A DNA stretch of 62,036 bases, counting the filler, from Squatina squatina (Eukaryota), in assembly GCA_031763465.1 (NCBI GenBank). It is 3 parts of 3 records of this genome, joined end to end, with 100 filler letters (N's around TTAATTAATTAA, not from the genome) between each part and the next. Parts side by side here need not be neighbours in the genome. Positions count along the whole stretch, not along the records: positions 49,087 to 62,036 come from JARFOE010000234.1; 2 more parts are not named here. The stretch is one strand, 5' to 3'. Shown piece by piece: positions 50,990-62,036 of the stretch. Numbering within the stretch: the first letter of the stretch is position 1; every line of letters begins with the position of its first letter. The translations under genes were made by a program, and so were the position numbers. The notes under the pieces are model-generated. The model was not told the DNA's origin. It made no database searches and was given only the letters and a program-made list of their open reading frames with translations.

Positions 50990-51072
50990 CAGTTTGTAGC
51001 TAATGTAACCCCACTTTTTAAAAAAGGAGGGAGAGAGAAAATGGGGAATTATAGACCAGTTAGCCTGACATC
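50990..51072 (+). mobile_element. CR1 RT fragment
   Basis: VANVTPLFKKGGREKMGNYRPVSLT. Confidence 0.9.
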
Positions 51073-51172
51073 NNNNNNNNNNNNNNNNNNNNNNNNNNNN
51101 NNNNNNNNNNNNNNNNNNNNNNNNNNNNNNNNNNNNNNNNNNNNNNNNNNNNNNNNNNNNNNNNNNNNNNNN

Positions 51173-51520
51173 CCTCCTATCCCAGAGCTGGTCCCAATGC
51201 CCCAAGAATCTGAAGCCTTCCCTTCTGCACCATGCCTCAAGCCACGCACTGATCCTCTCTATCTTCCGATTTCCACTCTCACTGGCCCTTGGCACTGGGA
51301 GTATTCCAGAGATTATTACCTTCGAGGTCCTACTTTTTAACTTCATCCCGAGCTCTATGTCATTGGTGTACCACAACTTCAGGCTCACTCCCTTCCCTCT
51401 GCAGAATATTCTGCACCCTCTCTGTGATGTCCGTTACCCTGGCACCAGGGAGGCAACACACCATGCAAGACTCACGATGAAGGTTACAGAAATGCCTGTC
51501 TGTCCCCCTAACTATGGAAT
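51173..51520 (-). mobile_element. CR1 ORF1 SGNH-esterase domain fragment
   Basis: IVRGTDRHFC...MVCCLPGARVTDITERVQNIL..EPEVVVH and ELGMKLKSRTSKVIISGILPVPRAS...WLEAWCRREGFRFLGHW. Confidence 0.85.
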
Positions 51521-52439
51521 CTCCTTTCATGACTGCATTTACCCCTGTGCAATCCCTTGCCCATTGGTGTCATGGTCTGGACTGCACTCCTTCAGAGTGT
51601 CATTACTCCCAGCAGTCTCCAACGCTGAGTACCATTTTGAGAGTGGCACACACCCCAAATTCTCTCCTGTCTCTTCCTATTCTTTCAGATGGCCACCCAT
51701 TTACTATCTTGAACACACTTTGCCTGTGGGGTGGCCACCTCCTGGATTAGCTTTGAATTCCAGAGGTGTCAAAGGTGGCAATAGGAAAATCTGCTGATCT
51801 ATTTATGTCAAATGTCATGTGAAATTATCTGCATTCAGTGTCTTTTCAACCTTGTTTTATTTATGGTGTGTTTAAATCCTCCTTGCATTACCTGGTATAA
51901 TGTTCCTGTGATTACAAAATAGCGTATTTTCCAATGCACAATGAATAACATTACTGTAGATATGCTCGTATCAGAATAAAATGGTCTATGGTTTAAAAAA
52001 TCCTTCTGTCAGAAAGATAGTGAAAAGGTTGAACAGAAATATTGTCTTAAAAAGGCAGGAGCACAATTGATTTCACTCTTAGAATGACAGGTAGGTTGTA
52101 TCATGTGTTATTCTGCTACTAAGGTGGCTCTGTATTTAAGTAGTACTCTATCCTTAAGGCCTCATGTCTAATTGCTCTAAGTAAACACAGCCTGGAGTCG
52201 ATGAGAATTTAATTGCTGCTTTGAGGGAAGTTTGCAGATTAGCAAATGTTTATGAATTCTGAGCTCAAGATTAAAAGAAACCAACATAGGTATATGCAGG
52301 TATAATAGGGGGGTTCTCCCCCCATAAACAAAGCACTTACACACAATTCCCTATGTGCTTGCACTTGCAGTTATAATCCTCTCAAAATCAGTGGCTGAAC
52401 ATGGGAACGATTTTGGAGCAATCATTGATTAAGCCCAGT

Positions 52440-52800
52440 GTGAAACAATTATCAATAAGGCAAAAAGATTACTAGAATGCATCTGGAGAGCATTGGATTA
52501 CAAGGCAGAACAAATTGTATTAGCATTGTGTAGGTTAGTGGTGAGACCAATTCTGGAGTATCTCATGCAGTTTTGGTCACCCTACCTCAAAAAGGATAGA
52601 AATGTATCAGAAAGGCTTCAAAGAACAGTGAACAGGATGATTCCAGGCTAAGTGAACTATTTTTTTATGAAGAAAGGCCCAAGTGACTAGACTTATATTC
52701 ACGTCAGAAAAGTCTGAGGCCGGAAAATATCTATGTAAAATAATTAAAATCATTAATAAGTTTGAATTAAGCAAAGTATTTAAATTGGACATTGGACTAA
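52440..52800 (+). mobile_element. Old CR1 ORF2 fragment
   Basis: Decayed LVVRPILEYLMQFWSPYLKKDRNVSERLQRTVNRMIPG. Confidence 0.75.
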
Positions 52801-55517
52801 AGGGATAATTTTCTGCAACAATTCTCCCACTCATCCACCATAACCTCATCAGAAGAACCATGGGAACCCTAGAAGAATGACATAAACACACTTTATGCGT
52901 TTTTCCAGGGCTTCTGTAGCTCTATGACCGAAGTTATGGTGGATAATCAAAAGAACATCTGTGGAGAGTCACCCCTTAAAAGTCACAATTACAAAATCCA
53001 TGGCCGCAAAATTCGGTTCTGTAGCGCCTGTTGTTTACGCGCTATGGGTGCCGGCTTAGGTCCAAATCAGTGTACGCACACACATCTCTGGTGCGGGACG
53101 CGTCGGACGCCACCTTGGGCAGGTCATTAGCGCAGGCACAGGGGGCATGCACTGGAAGTATGCAGNNNNNNNNNNNNNNNNNNNNNNNNNNNNNNNNNNN
53201 NNNNNNNNNNNNNNNNNNNNNNNNNNNNNNNNNNNNNNNNNNNNNNNNNNNNNNNNNNNNNNNNNACTCTGAATTCTTGTACCTACCCCTCCTCCCTTCA
53301 CCCCTTCATTGGGAGCCACTTCTATAGCCGTCTAGGCCCTACGCTCTGGAATTCCTTCTTTAAACCGTACATTTCTCCACATACCTCTCCTTGAAGAACC
53401 TCCTTTGACCCATGACTTTGACCAAGCTTTTAGTCAACGCTCCTAAAAGCTTCTTCTCTGGTTGGGCAGTTGGGCATCCATTTTTGTCTGGTTACACTTG
53501 TGAAGTACCTTGGGACAGGATTTTACCTTAAAGGCACTAAATAAATGAAAGTTGTTGTCAAAACATGAAATTGGTGGTGAAGAAGAATAAGATGAAAGCA
53601 AAATTTTTGTTTTAAACGTTCTCCCATAAGAACATCTATTAGTTCATAAAAAGGTAAGCTATTTGAATTGTGCTTTCAATTTATCAGTTGCTCTATTCAG
53701 TTGTTGCATCATGATTTCAGCCAAGCATTAGTGTCCCGAGTTTGTATAAATTTCTGCATCATGAAAATGCTTAATTCAATTCTTTATTTATTTTCGAGCT
53801 GAAGTAAGATTGTATTTCATGTTCATAGTGGAAATGAAGAGAAATGAGTGAATTTTGTAAATCAGTTCATGCCTATGTTTTAAAAAAAATACTGAATTAT
53901 ATGCGATAAGTTGCTATTTGTCCTATGCTCAGATGACAACAAATAAATCAAATCATATGGTATTTTGATCCCTTTGACATTGCTTTCTGAAGGGACAGAC
54001 CTTTTAGTTCCTGATTTAGCAGGGAGTGGAGCGGTACAAAATGTCAGATGCTGGAGAGAAATGGGATTGCGCAAATAAGTCCTGAATGAAAGGTGGGGTA
54101 AGATGGATCTGCAGTCGACGAATCTTGAAATGATGTCCATTGAAAATACGATTTAAAAAAAAACCTGTTACTTAAGCAAGGATTTCACAATGTGTTTAAA
54201 TCCATTATAAAGTCGTGTAAAAACAAGCTATTAAACAGCATCCACAGAAATCAATACACTAATAACCAAAACTATGAAGTTAATGGTCTTGAGCCACAAT
54301 ATTTTGCCTAGAGGGAAAATTTACATTGTGTGTGCATTCCTAACAATGCTTTGGGGCTACACATGTCTTGCATAAACGTACTGCTTGCAGCTATGATTTG
54401 CATTCACTGTTAACAAAATGTAAACAATTCCCTTGTAGTTAGTATTGCAAGTATGACTGTCGTAAGTGAGATCTAATCTTTTTTCACTGCTAACCATATT
54501 GATTATTTTTGGCAGTTATTAAGCACTTTGGAGCTTACAAGAAAATTATACAAAAAGCTTGTTGCTATAAATCTTAATGCCATGTTTTACCATGTTAAAC
54601 ATGGGATTGTTTAATTCTGATCAATGTCGCATTCCTTATCCTAGTATGGAATAAAATCTAATACTTTATAGAAGTATTCAGTTTTTCCGCTCTTGCTTAA
54701 AATTTACAAATCAATATAACTGTGGAAGCACTACTGCAATCCATGAAACTCAGCTTAAATTTGTAGCTGTGTAATTCATGCTTAAATAATGTTACACATT
54801 CTTAAGGAAAAACAGTGTTAAAGTTTGCTAATTCATGCCTATCTAAGGTATTTGTGACAATAACTGGCAAACCTAGAAGGTGTNNNNNNNNNNNNNNNNN
54901 NNNNNNNNNNNNNNNNNNNNNNNNNNNNNNNNNNNNNNNNNNNNNNNNNNNNNNNNNNNNNNNNNNNNNNNNNNNNNNNNNNNCAAATGCATATTTCCTG
55001 ATGTATCCCAAAACACCACTATGGGATAATGGTAATATTCTGTTTGTATGTGGAGACTGAACTTCTTGAAGAGCATGCCTGTGGTAGACAAGCCAGTATT
55101 TAAGCTGATATCGTTTTGGCTAATTGTGTTAAAGCTGGGTGCTTCAAAGAGATTTAATATAATTATGTATACATTAACTATAGTACTTAATAAGCTCATA
55201 CAGTTTTTTCTGCTTCACAATATCAAGCCTGAGGTGATTTTGTCAGTAAGTATAACAATGTATTCATGAGATGATGTATCAATTAGAAAATATCATTTGA
55301 TTACTTGAGACAGCTTTTAACTTTATGGCCTCAAAAATGTTTTTACCCTTTTTATTCTTAAAGTTGAACTGTTTACCAGTTAGGTTTTATTCAGTCATGC
55401 AGATATGTAAAACTGCTTGTAAAATTAATTTAGTTCACTAGGATCTTTATTCTTGTTTTGTTTTTGATGTCTTTTGCTTGTGAAGAAGCTTAAAATGTGC
55501 TGCCTTCAAAGCAATGA

Positions 55518-56025
55518 ACAATAAAGATAGGAGTCGGCCATTCAACCCTTTGAGCCTGTTCGTCATTTAATCAGATAATGGCCGATCTTTACCTCAACTC
55601 AGTTTACCCACCTTTGTTCCATATCCTTTGATACCTTTACCCAACAAAAATCTATTGATCTCGGTCCTGAAAATTTCAATTGACCCAGCATCCACAGCCT
55701 TTTGAGGGAGCAATTTCCAGATTTGCACTAACCTTTATGTGAAAAAGTGCTTCCTTCTAAAAGGCCGAGTTCTAATTTTAAGATTATGCACTCTTGTTCT
55801 GAATTCTCCCACTGGAGAAAATAGTTCCTCTGTATCTACCCTATCGAATACTTTAATCATTTTAAATATCTTGATTAGATTATCCCTCAGTCTTGTAAAC
55901 TCAAGGGAATACAAGCCTTTCCTCATAATCTAACCCTTTAAGCCCTGACATTCTGATGAATCTGTGCTGTACTGCTTCCAAGGCCAATATCTCTTTCCTG
56001 AGATTCGGTGACCAAAACTGAACAA
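55518..56025 (-). mobile_element. CR1 LINE 3' end
   Basis: GLYSLEFTRLRDNLIKIFKMIKVFDRVDTEELFSPVGEFRTRVHNLKIRTRPFRRKHFFT plus 3' UTR. Confidence 0.9.
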
Positions 56026-56231
56026 TTGAAATTCATGTTCTGAAATTTGGCATTTTCTGTTTACAAATGCAAGATCTTAAAGCTAATTCTTATGTTTTCA
56101 GATACATTTGTTTGCAGTAGAAAGTTTTATGGGCCGTTACTTTTAACATTTTCCTTTGCATTTATTATTTTACTATGCACTCCAGTATAATTTTCAAAAA
56201 CCTTCTACTTTATTGCTTTTATTGAACTCAG

Positions 56232-56423
56232 GTGGATGCTTCAGAAGATGAACCAAAGAGCTTCATCTTTATGAGCGAAGATGCCATAGCAAACCCTGAC
56301 AAGTTGATGGTTCTGATTCACGGTAGTGGGGTTGTCCGGGTTGGACAGTGGGCCAGACGACTGATAATCAATGAAGACCTTGACAGTGGCACTCAAATTC
56401 CTTTCATTAAAAGGGCTATGGAC
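56232..56423 (+). CDS. FAM172A: FAM172A/ARB2A internal exon (Arb2 domain)
   Basis: CTCAG/GTAAGA-bounded 192-nt phase-0 exon: [64 protein letters not shown]. Confidence 0.95.
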
Positions 56424-56496
56424 GTAAGACTAATTTTCAGAAACTTGTTTCTGACTTTTCTGAATTTATTTAAATGTTTTCTTCTCCACTTTTGGA

Positions 56497-57560
56497 ACAT
56501 AGGAATGTGTAGTACCAGAAAAGATAATTTTAGTCCATCTGGATAGGTCCAGAGTTCAAAAGCAGAATATACAGTTCACTACCTGTAACTCTTAATTGAT
56601 TTTCTTGTCAAATGCTTGACCAGTTTCCTCTTAAAATAACTTGTGTTATCAGGCTCATTGCGAGAGGTTCAGGCGCTATACCCATAGAGGGGACGCGCCT
56701 AGTGTTTCAACGCACACGCCATGTTCATAGCAATAACTGTCCTGCAATTGGGGTGTTCAGTGTAGCTGACCGAATTACTAATGATATTCTCCAGGAAAAC
56801 CTTTAACACTCTGCAGGACTCCTTATAAATCAAGCCAGAGGTACGTTTAACATTACCACAACGATTCAGGTGGTGGATGGCTGGCTTGCTGATACCCCAG
56901 ATGTTATCTCTGAACACTTTGCAGTGACTCTTGGCTCCTCCTTTCTCCAGTCCCTTACCAGCTTTCATCCTACCATTCATTATCAGCATTCAAAATCAAA
57001 CCTCTGTCAAATCTCAATCACCTCTCATCCCAAATGTTCAGCACTCTTTTAATGAAATAGTTCTTTCTAATCTGTCTATTCTCCTTTCCTTCTCAGAGCT
57101 GCATCCTATTCCCCCTGGCCATTCTCAGGGTCATGATAAGCAGTTTCTCAGGTTTCAACATGTTGATACCCCTAGGGATCTTGAATACCTCAATAAGATC
57201 TTATCTTGGTGTCATCTGCTCTAGTGTAAACTTACTCAACTTTTGTAACGTCATTGTAGGCCAGATATTTGAAAGCAGGCAGCTTTTTGGTACACTTTTT
57301 CCGTGCTATGATGTCCTTTTAATAATGTGGCAAACAGAATTGCACATAGTATTCCAGGTGGGGTCAAATCTCGTGCCTTGTTAAGGCTCAATATCACATC
57401 CTGGGACGTGTGTTCTATGCATGTGCCATACAACTCAAGGCATATTTACCGCACCCACATGCTGTGCAGATGGTTTCAATAATATGTCCACCAATATCCC
57501 CAAATTGTTTTCCTGTGCGCCAAACTGCAGACATTTTTGTTCCAATTTTCCCCAGTTCCA
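56497..57560 (-). mobile_element. Old CR1 LINE 3' region interrupted by a histone H4 copy
   Basis: Minus strand ...DLIEVFKIPRG...IRKNYFIKRVLNIWD (to about 57024) resumes as EPDNTSYFKRKLVKHLTRKSIKSY (from about 56656), followed by a decayed 3' tail near 56497-56545. Confidence 0.75.
56669..56980 (-). pseudogene. H4: Histone H4 pseudogene, full length (104 codons with stop), one internal nonsense codon
   Basis: [102 protein letters not shown] aligns without gaps to canonical H4. Confidence 0.95.
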
Positions 57561-58292
57561 TTCTCTCCTTTCCTGAAAGTGTTGAACTACTTGAACAAAA
57601 ATAGCTTGTTGGCAGTCAACATCAAGCATCAGTGACCATTAGATCAACGCCCTCCTGTGCTTGGTCACTGAAGTGGCCATTTTTCATGAGTGATCCCTGC
57701 TGTCGACTGTCTGCAAGCTATTTGACTACAAGGAGCATCACAGCCGAGCCCAATTTTGCCCTCGCCCCACATATGCACTTTCAGCAATGGAGCCTTGGAC
57801 TGATCTGCTTTCCCTAATCCAGGGCGCTCTATTATTCTGACCCAGCTGACTCAGCACAGGACAAGAAATGACTCTGTCTTGCGTGCTTGAACGGCTCAGC
57901 TAGTTTCTGAACAAACCCACTGGGTAAAACCCAAAATAACCATTTCAGTGTTGGAGTAACTTACCTTGGAATCGTGAAGTTTATTTTCTTCATGCGGTAG
58001 CAAAGTTTACTATCTTCAGCCTGGACATGAATTGTTGGGCTGTGCCTTCCAGCATCTGCTTGAAATTAATCAGAGCAGCATATACATTGTGGGCTGTCTA
58101 ATAGCTTCCTGCTCCAACTGTAAGGAAATATGAGACTGTGACACCAGTGTACAGAGCCTGAACTGGAGGCAGCTGGCTGGAAGGAGTTACTGNNNNNNNN
58201 NNNNNNNNNNNNNNNNNNNNNNNNNNNNNNNNNNNNNNNNNNNNNNNNNNNNNNNNNNNNNNNNNNNNNNNNNNNNNNNNNNNNNNNNNNNN

Positions 58293-58362
58293 CTGGGCTA
58301 CCCGGGGCTACGCTGGGCTACCCTGCTCTGTGGGCTGGGCTGATCTGGGCTGGGCTGGGTTG
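58293..58362. repeat. (CTGGG)n-type pentanucleotide repeat at a contig edge
   Basis: CTGGGCTAC units followed by GGGCTGGGCT units. Confidence 0.8.
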
Positions 58363-61300
58363 CCTTGGAGGGAGAAGCTGCCAAGTTGGAGGTCTTTCCC
58401 ACTGGGAGAGTCACCAAGGTCCACCACTCTCTCAAACTCTGAGGAGTTTTTCAGAGTGACGTTGGTGGAAACCCGGCAGCAGGTCTCCTTTTTGTCCCAG
58501 AGCTGGTCTGTGATGTAGTGATACTGGATAAAGGTGAAGGAGAGAAAGTACTTATGCTTAGTATCTCCCTTACTTTATTCCCTGAAATGTGCCCTGACAT
58601 GGATTTGAGTAGCTAAGTAAAACTGTATTTGTGAGGTAGATAGTAGTAAATTTGGTTTGTTTGTATTCATTAGATTAAATTACTGTGTACCATTTTGTAG
58701 TATTCATGAGCCTATAATAAGGTTTTTTTTTTAAGTCAATGTGATAGCTCTTTTTTTAACCAGCATTTCTCCAACTCTTCGTGGCATTTGTTGTGATCTT
58801 TTCTTTACTGTTTGCATATTGACTGCTGATCCCATTCTCAATGTGTCACTTTTGTCGTTAAGATTGGCTGAAGTGGTCTGAATCACTGAATTAAAGCCGA
58901 AAGGGGGGAAAGCAGCGCTTTAGAATGTGCAGTGAGATATACTCTGGGTAGAAGGTAGCACTTTATGTAGTCATAATCAATGCACTTGACACATTCAAAG
59001 GCAAGAAAAGCCACGACTTGCTTAGGGGTTAAACTTTTTAAATGACTTCCCGAGGGACTGCTGCTGTCAATAAAATGCAATAATTAGTGGAGGATTCTGG
59101 AGTGTGTATTGCAAAAAAAAAGCTTTGGCAGATTTTGCAGAGCTGATACAACATTCCTACACTTTCCCATTTTTTTTCCCATTTGTAAAAAGTGAATGTC
59201 TGACATTTTACCAAAACATTTGCTGCAGAGTTGTCATGTTTTTGAAACTAATAGAACATTTTAATTTGGTAACTAATCTTTAGATGTTTTTGTTATTTTA
59301 TTGATATCGTGAGTTGATCTGAGTGAAAGACTTTTCCACACAATTTTATTGCGAGACCTTGTCTGGAATATATTTCCCTAGCTAGTTTCACAATTCAATT
59401 TATCAATCAAGTCCCAAGTAAATTATNNNNNNNNNNNNNNNNNNNNNNNNNNNNNNNNNNNNNNNNNNNNNNNNNNNNNNNNNNNNNNNNNNNNNNNNNN
59501 NNNNNNNNNNNNNNNNNNNNNNNNNNCATTAAAAATTTTAAGAACTTCAATTTTATCATTCATGAAATCAACAATTGATGATTTTCTTTTAATTTATTCT
59601 TGACTTTGAAAAGTAAGAATTATTACCTTCCTGTCCAGTGCCTTTTAAAAACAGGTTTTTTTTAATTGATTTTGAAATCTTCTTTCACTAATATTTAATT
59701 CTTCCTAAATGCTACAGTACCAATTTAATATATTCCTAATTGGATAGAAGTAAACTTTGATCTTGCATCTCCTATTAAAAATATGACCTATTAAATTATA
59801 TATTCTCTATGAAGCAAAATAGAAAAAAATGTGTTTGTACTACCTTTTACTCAAAAGATAGCATTGAAACAAATAAAAAATGATTTTACTGGGTTTAACA
59901 AATTACAACGTCAAAAATAATGACTGAGAGGTTTCTAGTAGGTCATTTTGTGCTTCAGGCAGTTTCTCCTCCTTTGGGAAGCACTTATTTGGTTTCCCTT
60001 GTATTCTGCCTGTGGCATTGTGTGGTGAAAGCTAGGCTTGTTCTTCCCTTTGGAGAAATGTCTGAGGCTGTAGATAACCTATACAAAATTAATAAATGGT
60101 GTTTCTTTTTCATTACCACCCATCTTTTACAGTTTATTTGAGGTTCTCTTTTGGGAACTTGTAGTAAAGTACTGCATAAAATATTTCATAAACTGAATAC
60201 TTTGACTACAGTTGTCTTATGTGGGATGTTATTCATGGACTGATATAATTTTATTTATTATGCAAGGAGATTTATTAAATGCTTCAAATTTAGCATGGTA
60301 GCCTAATTTTTATAACTCATTGAATTCTACCCTGCTGAAGAAGTTTTCAAGTGATCTGATCCAAATTGCAGTGCACAATTTTTATTCAGCATTTCCAAAA
60401 CTTCTCAACAGNNNNNNNNNNNNNNNNNNNNNNNNNNNNNNNNNNNNNNNNNNNNNNNNNNNNNNNNNNNNNNNNNNNNNNNNNNNNNNNNNNNNNNNNN
60501 NNNNNNNNNNNTCAGATGTATGTAAGAACACAGCTGATGTAAATCCCTAGAAGGCAACCAATAGAAAGAGACTGTGATCACCAAATCCTGATTGGAGACC
60601 ACCCAGAATAGTTTGTGGAAAACTGAGTACTGAGGCAGATCAAAGGCAATGAAGTGTAATGTTCAATAAGCTAATTTCTGAAGATCCATGTATAAAACCA
60701 TAATTGGAATTATTTTTTCAGCCTGCTCTCCTAATTAATGTTTATAATTTTTTAGCAACAATGCTTTATTATGCATAGGATCATTTTTGTTGGCTGGCTT
60801 GGGTATAAAAGATTGCCCTTCATTTCTATGGGCAGAGGCGCTAATAGCAGAAGACTATTTGCTGATCTACATAATTGTTTTGATATATTTCCTATAAATA
60901 TATTCGTTCAGACTGAAATAAAGCTGCACACACATTTTTGAGATGAAAAGGTTCATTTAGAATTTACACAACTCTGTTTCGAGTATCATAATTTTTTTCA
61001 TACTTCTTTGCAAGTTTGTATTCCTTATACATTACTGAGTACTCTTTCCCACTATTACAGATTCTTTTACAGTGAATGATTTATTTCTTAGAGTAGTAAA
61101 GAGTAACCTCGTGTATGATATCGACAGCTTATCCAAGATCTTTGCCAACTCGTTTGAAGACATTCATACTAATTGGCTGTGGCACAGGAAATTTGAACTT
61201 AAAACTAGAAAACACAACAGGATAAATTCACTGATACTGTGCTCCCAGTGTGGAACCACGCTCAAAGGGAGTGTGAATCAGAGAATTGGTGCTACAGTGC

Positions 61301-62036
61301 TGTTAGCCTGTTTTTGACCTACGCTCCCTTTGAACATGGCTCCCTGCTAGGACCAAGGGATCAGTGAAGTTACTTCAATATATCTTAAAGTTAATATTTT
61401 GGTATGTAGAGACTATTCACTTACTTATTCACATATATTATTAAAAATCTTGCATGTGGGTGCACTTCCTGTCTACAAATGTGTTGTCATAAGTTTTGGT
61501 AGTGCTTTTATATCAATATTTAACATTGAATCTGCTTATGCAAATATTTTCTTTTTTTCCTGTAAAAAGAATAGCTATCGGAGTTTATTGATGAGACAAT
61601 CGAATCTCTCAAAATTCCTTTGAAACAAAATTAATCTGCCATGTTTTTCTTAGGAATTGAATTTTCCAATGTCCAAAATGTGGTTTTAAACAAAATTAAA
61701 ACATGAATACTCAATATTTCACAAGAGCATGATGATATTTTCCCATTGAATTGTCTATTGTGCTTTTTAATACCTTCATTATAGTTTTTACTTCAAGGCT
61801 TCATTCTAGCTCAAAAGCCTGGGCTTTGACTGGATATTTTTATTTCACAATAGTTATCCAGAGCTTCCAACTGCATCTCTGCTGTAAGTCGCACACTCAC
61901 TAAACCTGGAGTCTTCCCGTGTGATTGACAGCGGCCCGGACACTCGTACCCTTATGTACATAGGCAGAGAGCCGTCGGCTGTCTAGTGGTTCGTGTGACA
62001 AGGACTTAAAGGCAAATGGATGTTTCGGGAGAGCGT

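Noticed and set aside
56623-56645. Decayed histone 3' stem-loop downstream of the H4 copy
   Set aside because: It does not base-pair, and it reads in frame as the CR1 ORF2 C-terminus (SYFKRKLVKHL).
58293-58362. Immunoglobulin switch-like region
   Set aside because: Only about 70 bp of pentamer repeat in a FAM172A intron, with no Ig segments nearby.
466-60602. Numerous ORF-track entries containing X runs
   Set aside because: They read through N gaps across unrelated contigs and are not real reading frames.

Overview
Eukaryotic, intron-rich vertebrate DNA. The repeat content (CR1 LINEs with (TTTCTATG)n-type tails, Deu-domain, AmnSINE2-like and Meta-like SINEs, Harbinger relics) points to a cartilaginous fish, probably a shark. 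The window is a fragmented assembly: short contigs joined mostly by 100-N placeholder gaps, plus two artificial 44N-TTAATTAATTAA-44N linkers (29556-29655, 48987-49086) that concatenate three unrelated loci. Segment 1 (1-29555) has minus-strand exons of LRRFIP1 and RBM44 in the same order as in human, plus PIF/Harbinger remnants. Segment 2 (29656-48986) has three plus-strand LDAH (C2orf43) exons, then a repeat-poor block that may belong to GDF7. Segment 3 (49087-62036) is FAM172A/ARB2A intron with one coding exon and several enhancer-like blocks. The most unusual object is a full-length decayed histone H4 copy inside the ORF2 3' end of a CR1 LINE, co-oriented with it and bounded by a 5-bp direct repeat. 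I found no prokaryotic-type system (no CRISPR, no operon) and cannot support a new multi-gene system. All family names come from recalled sequence motifs, not database searches, and repeat boundaries are approximate.
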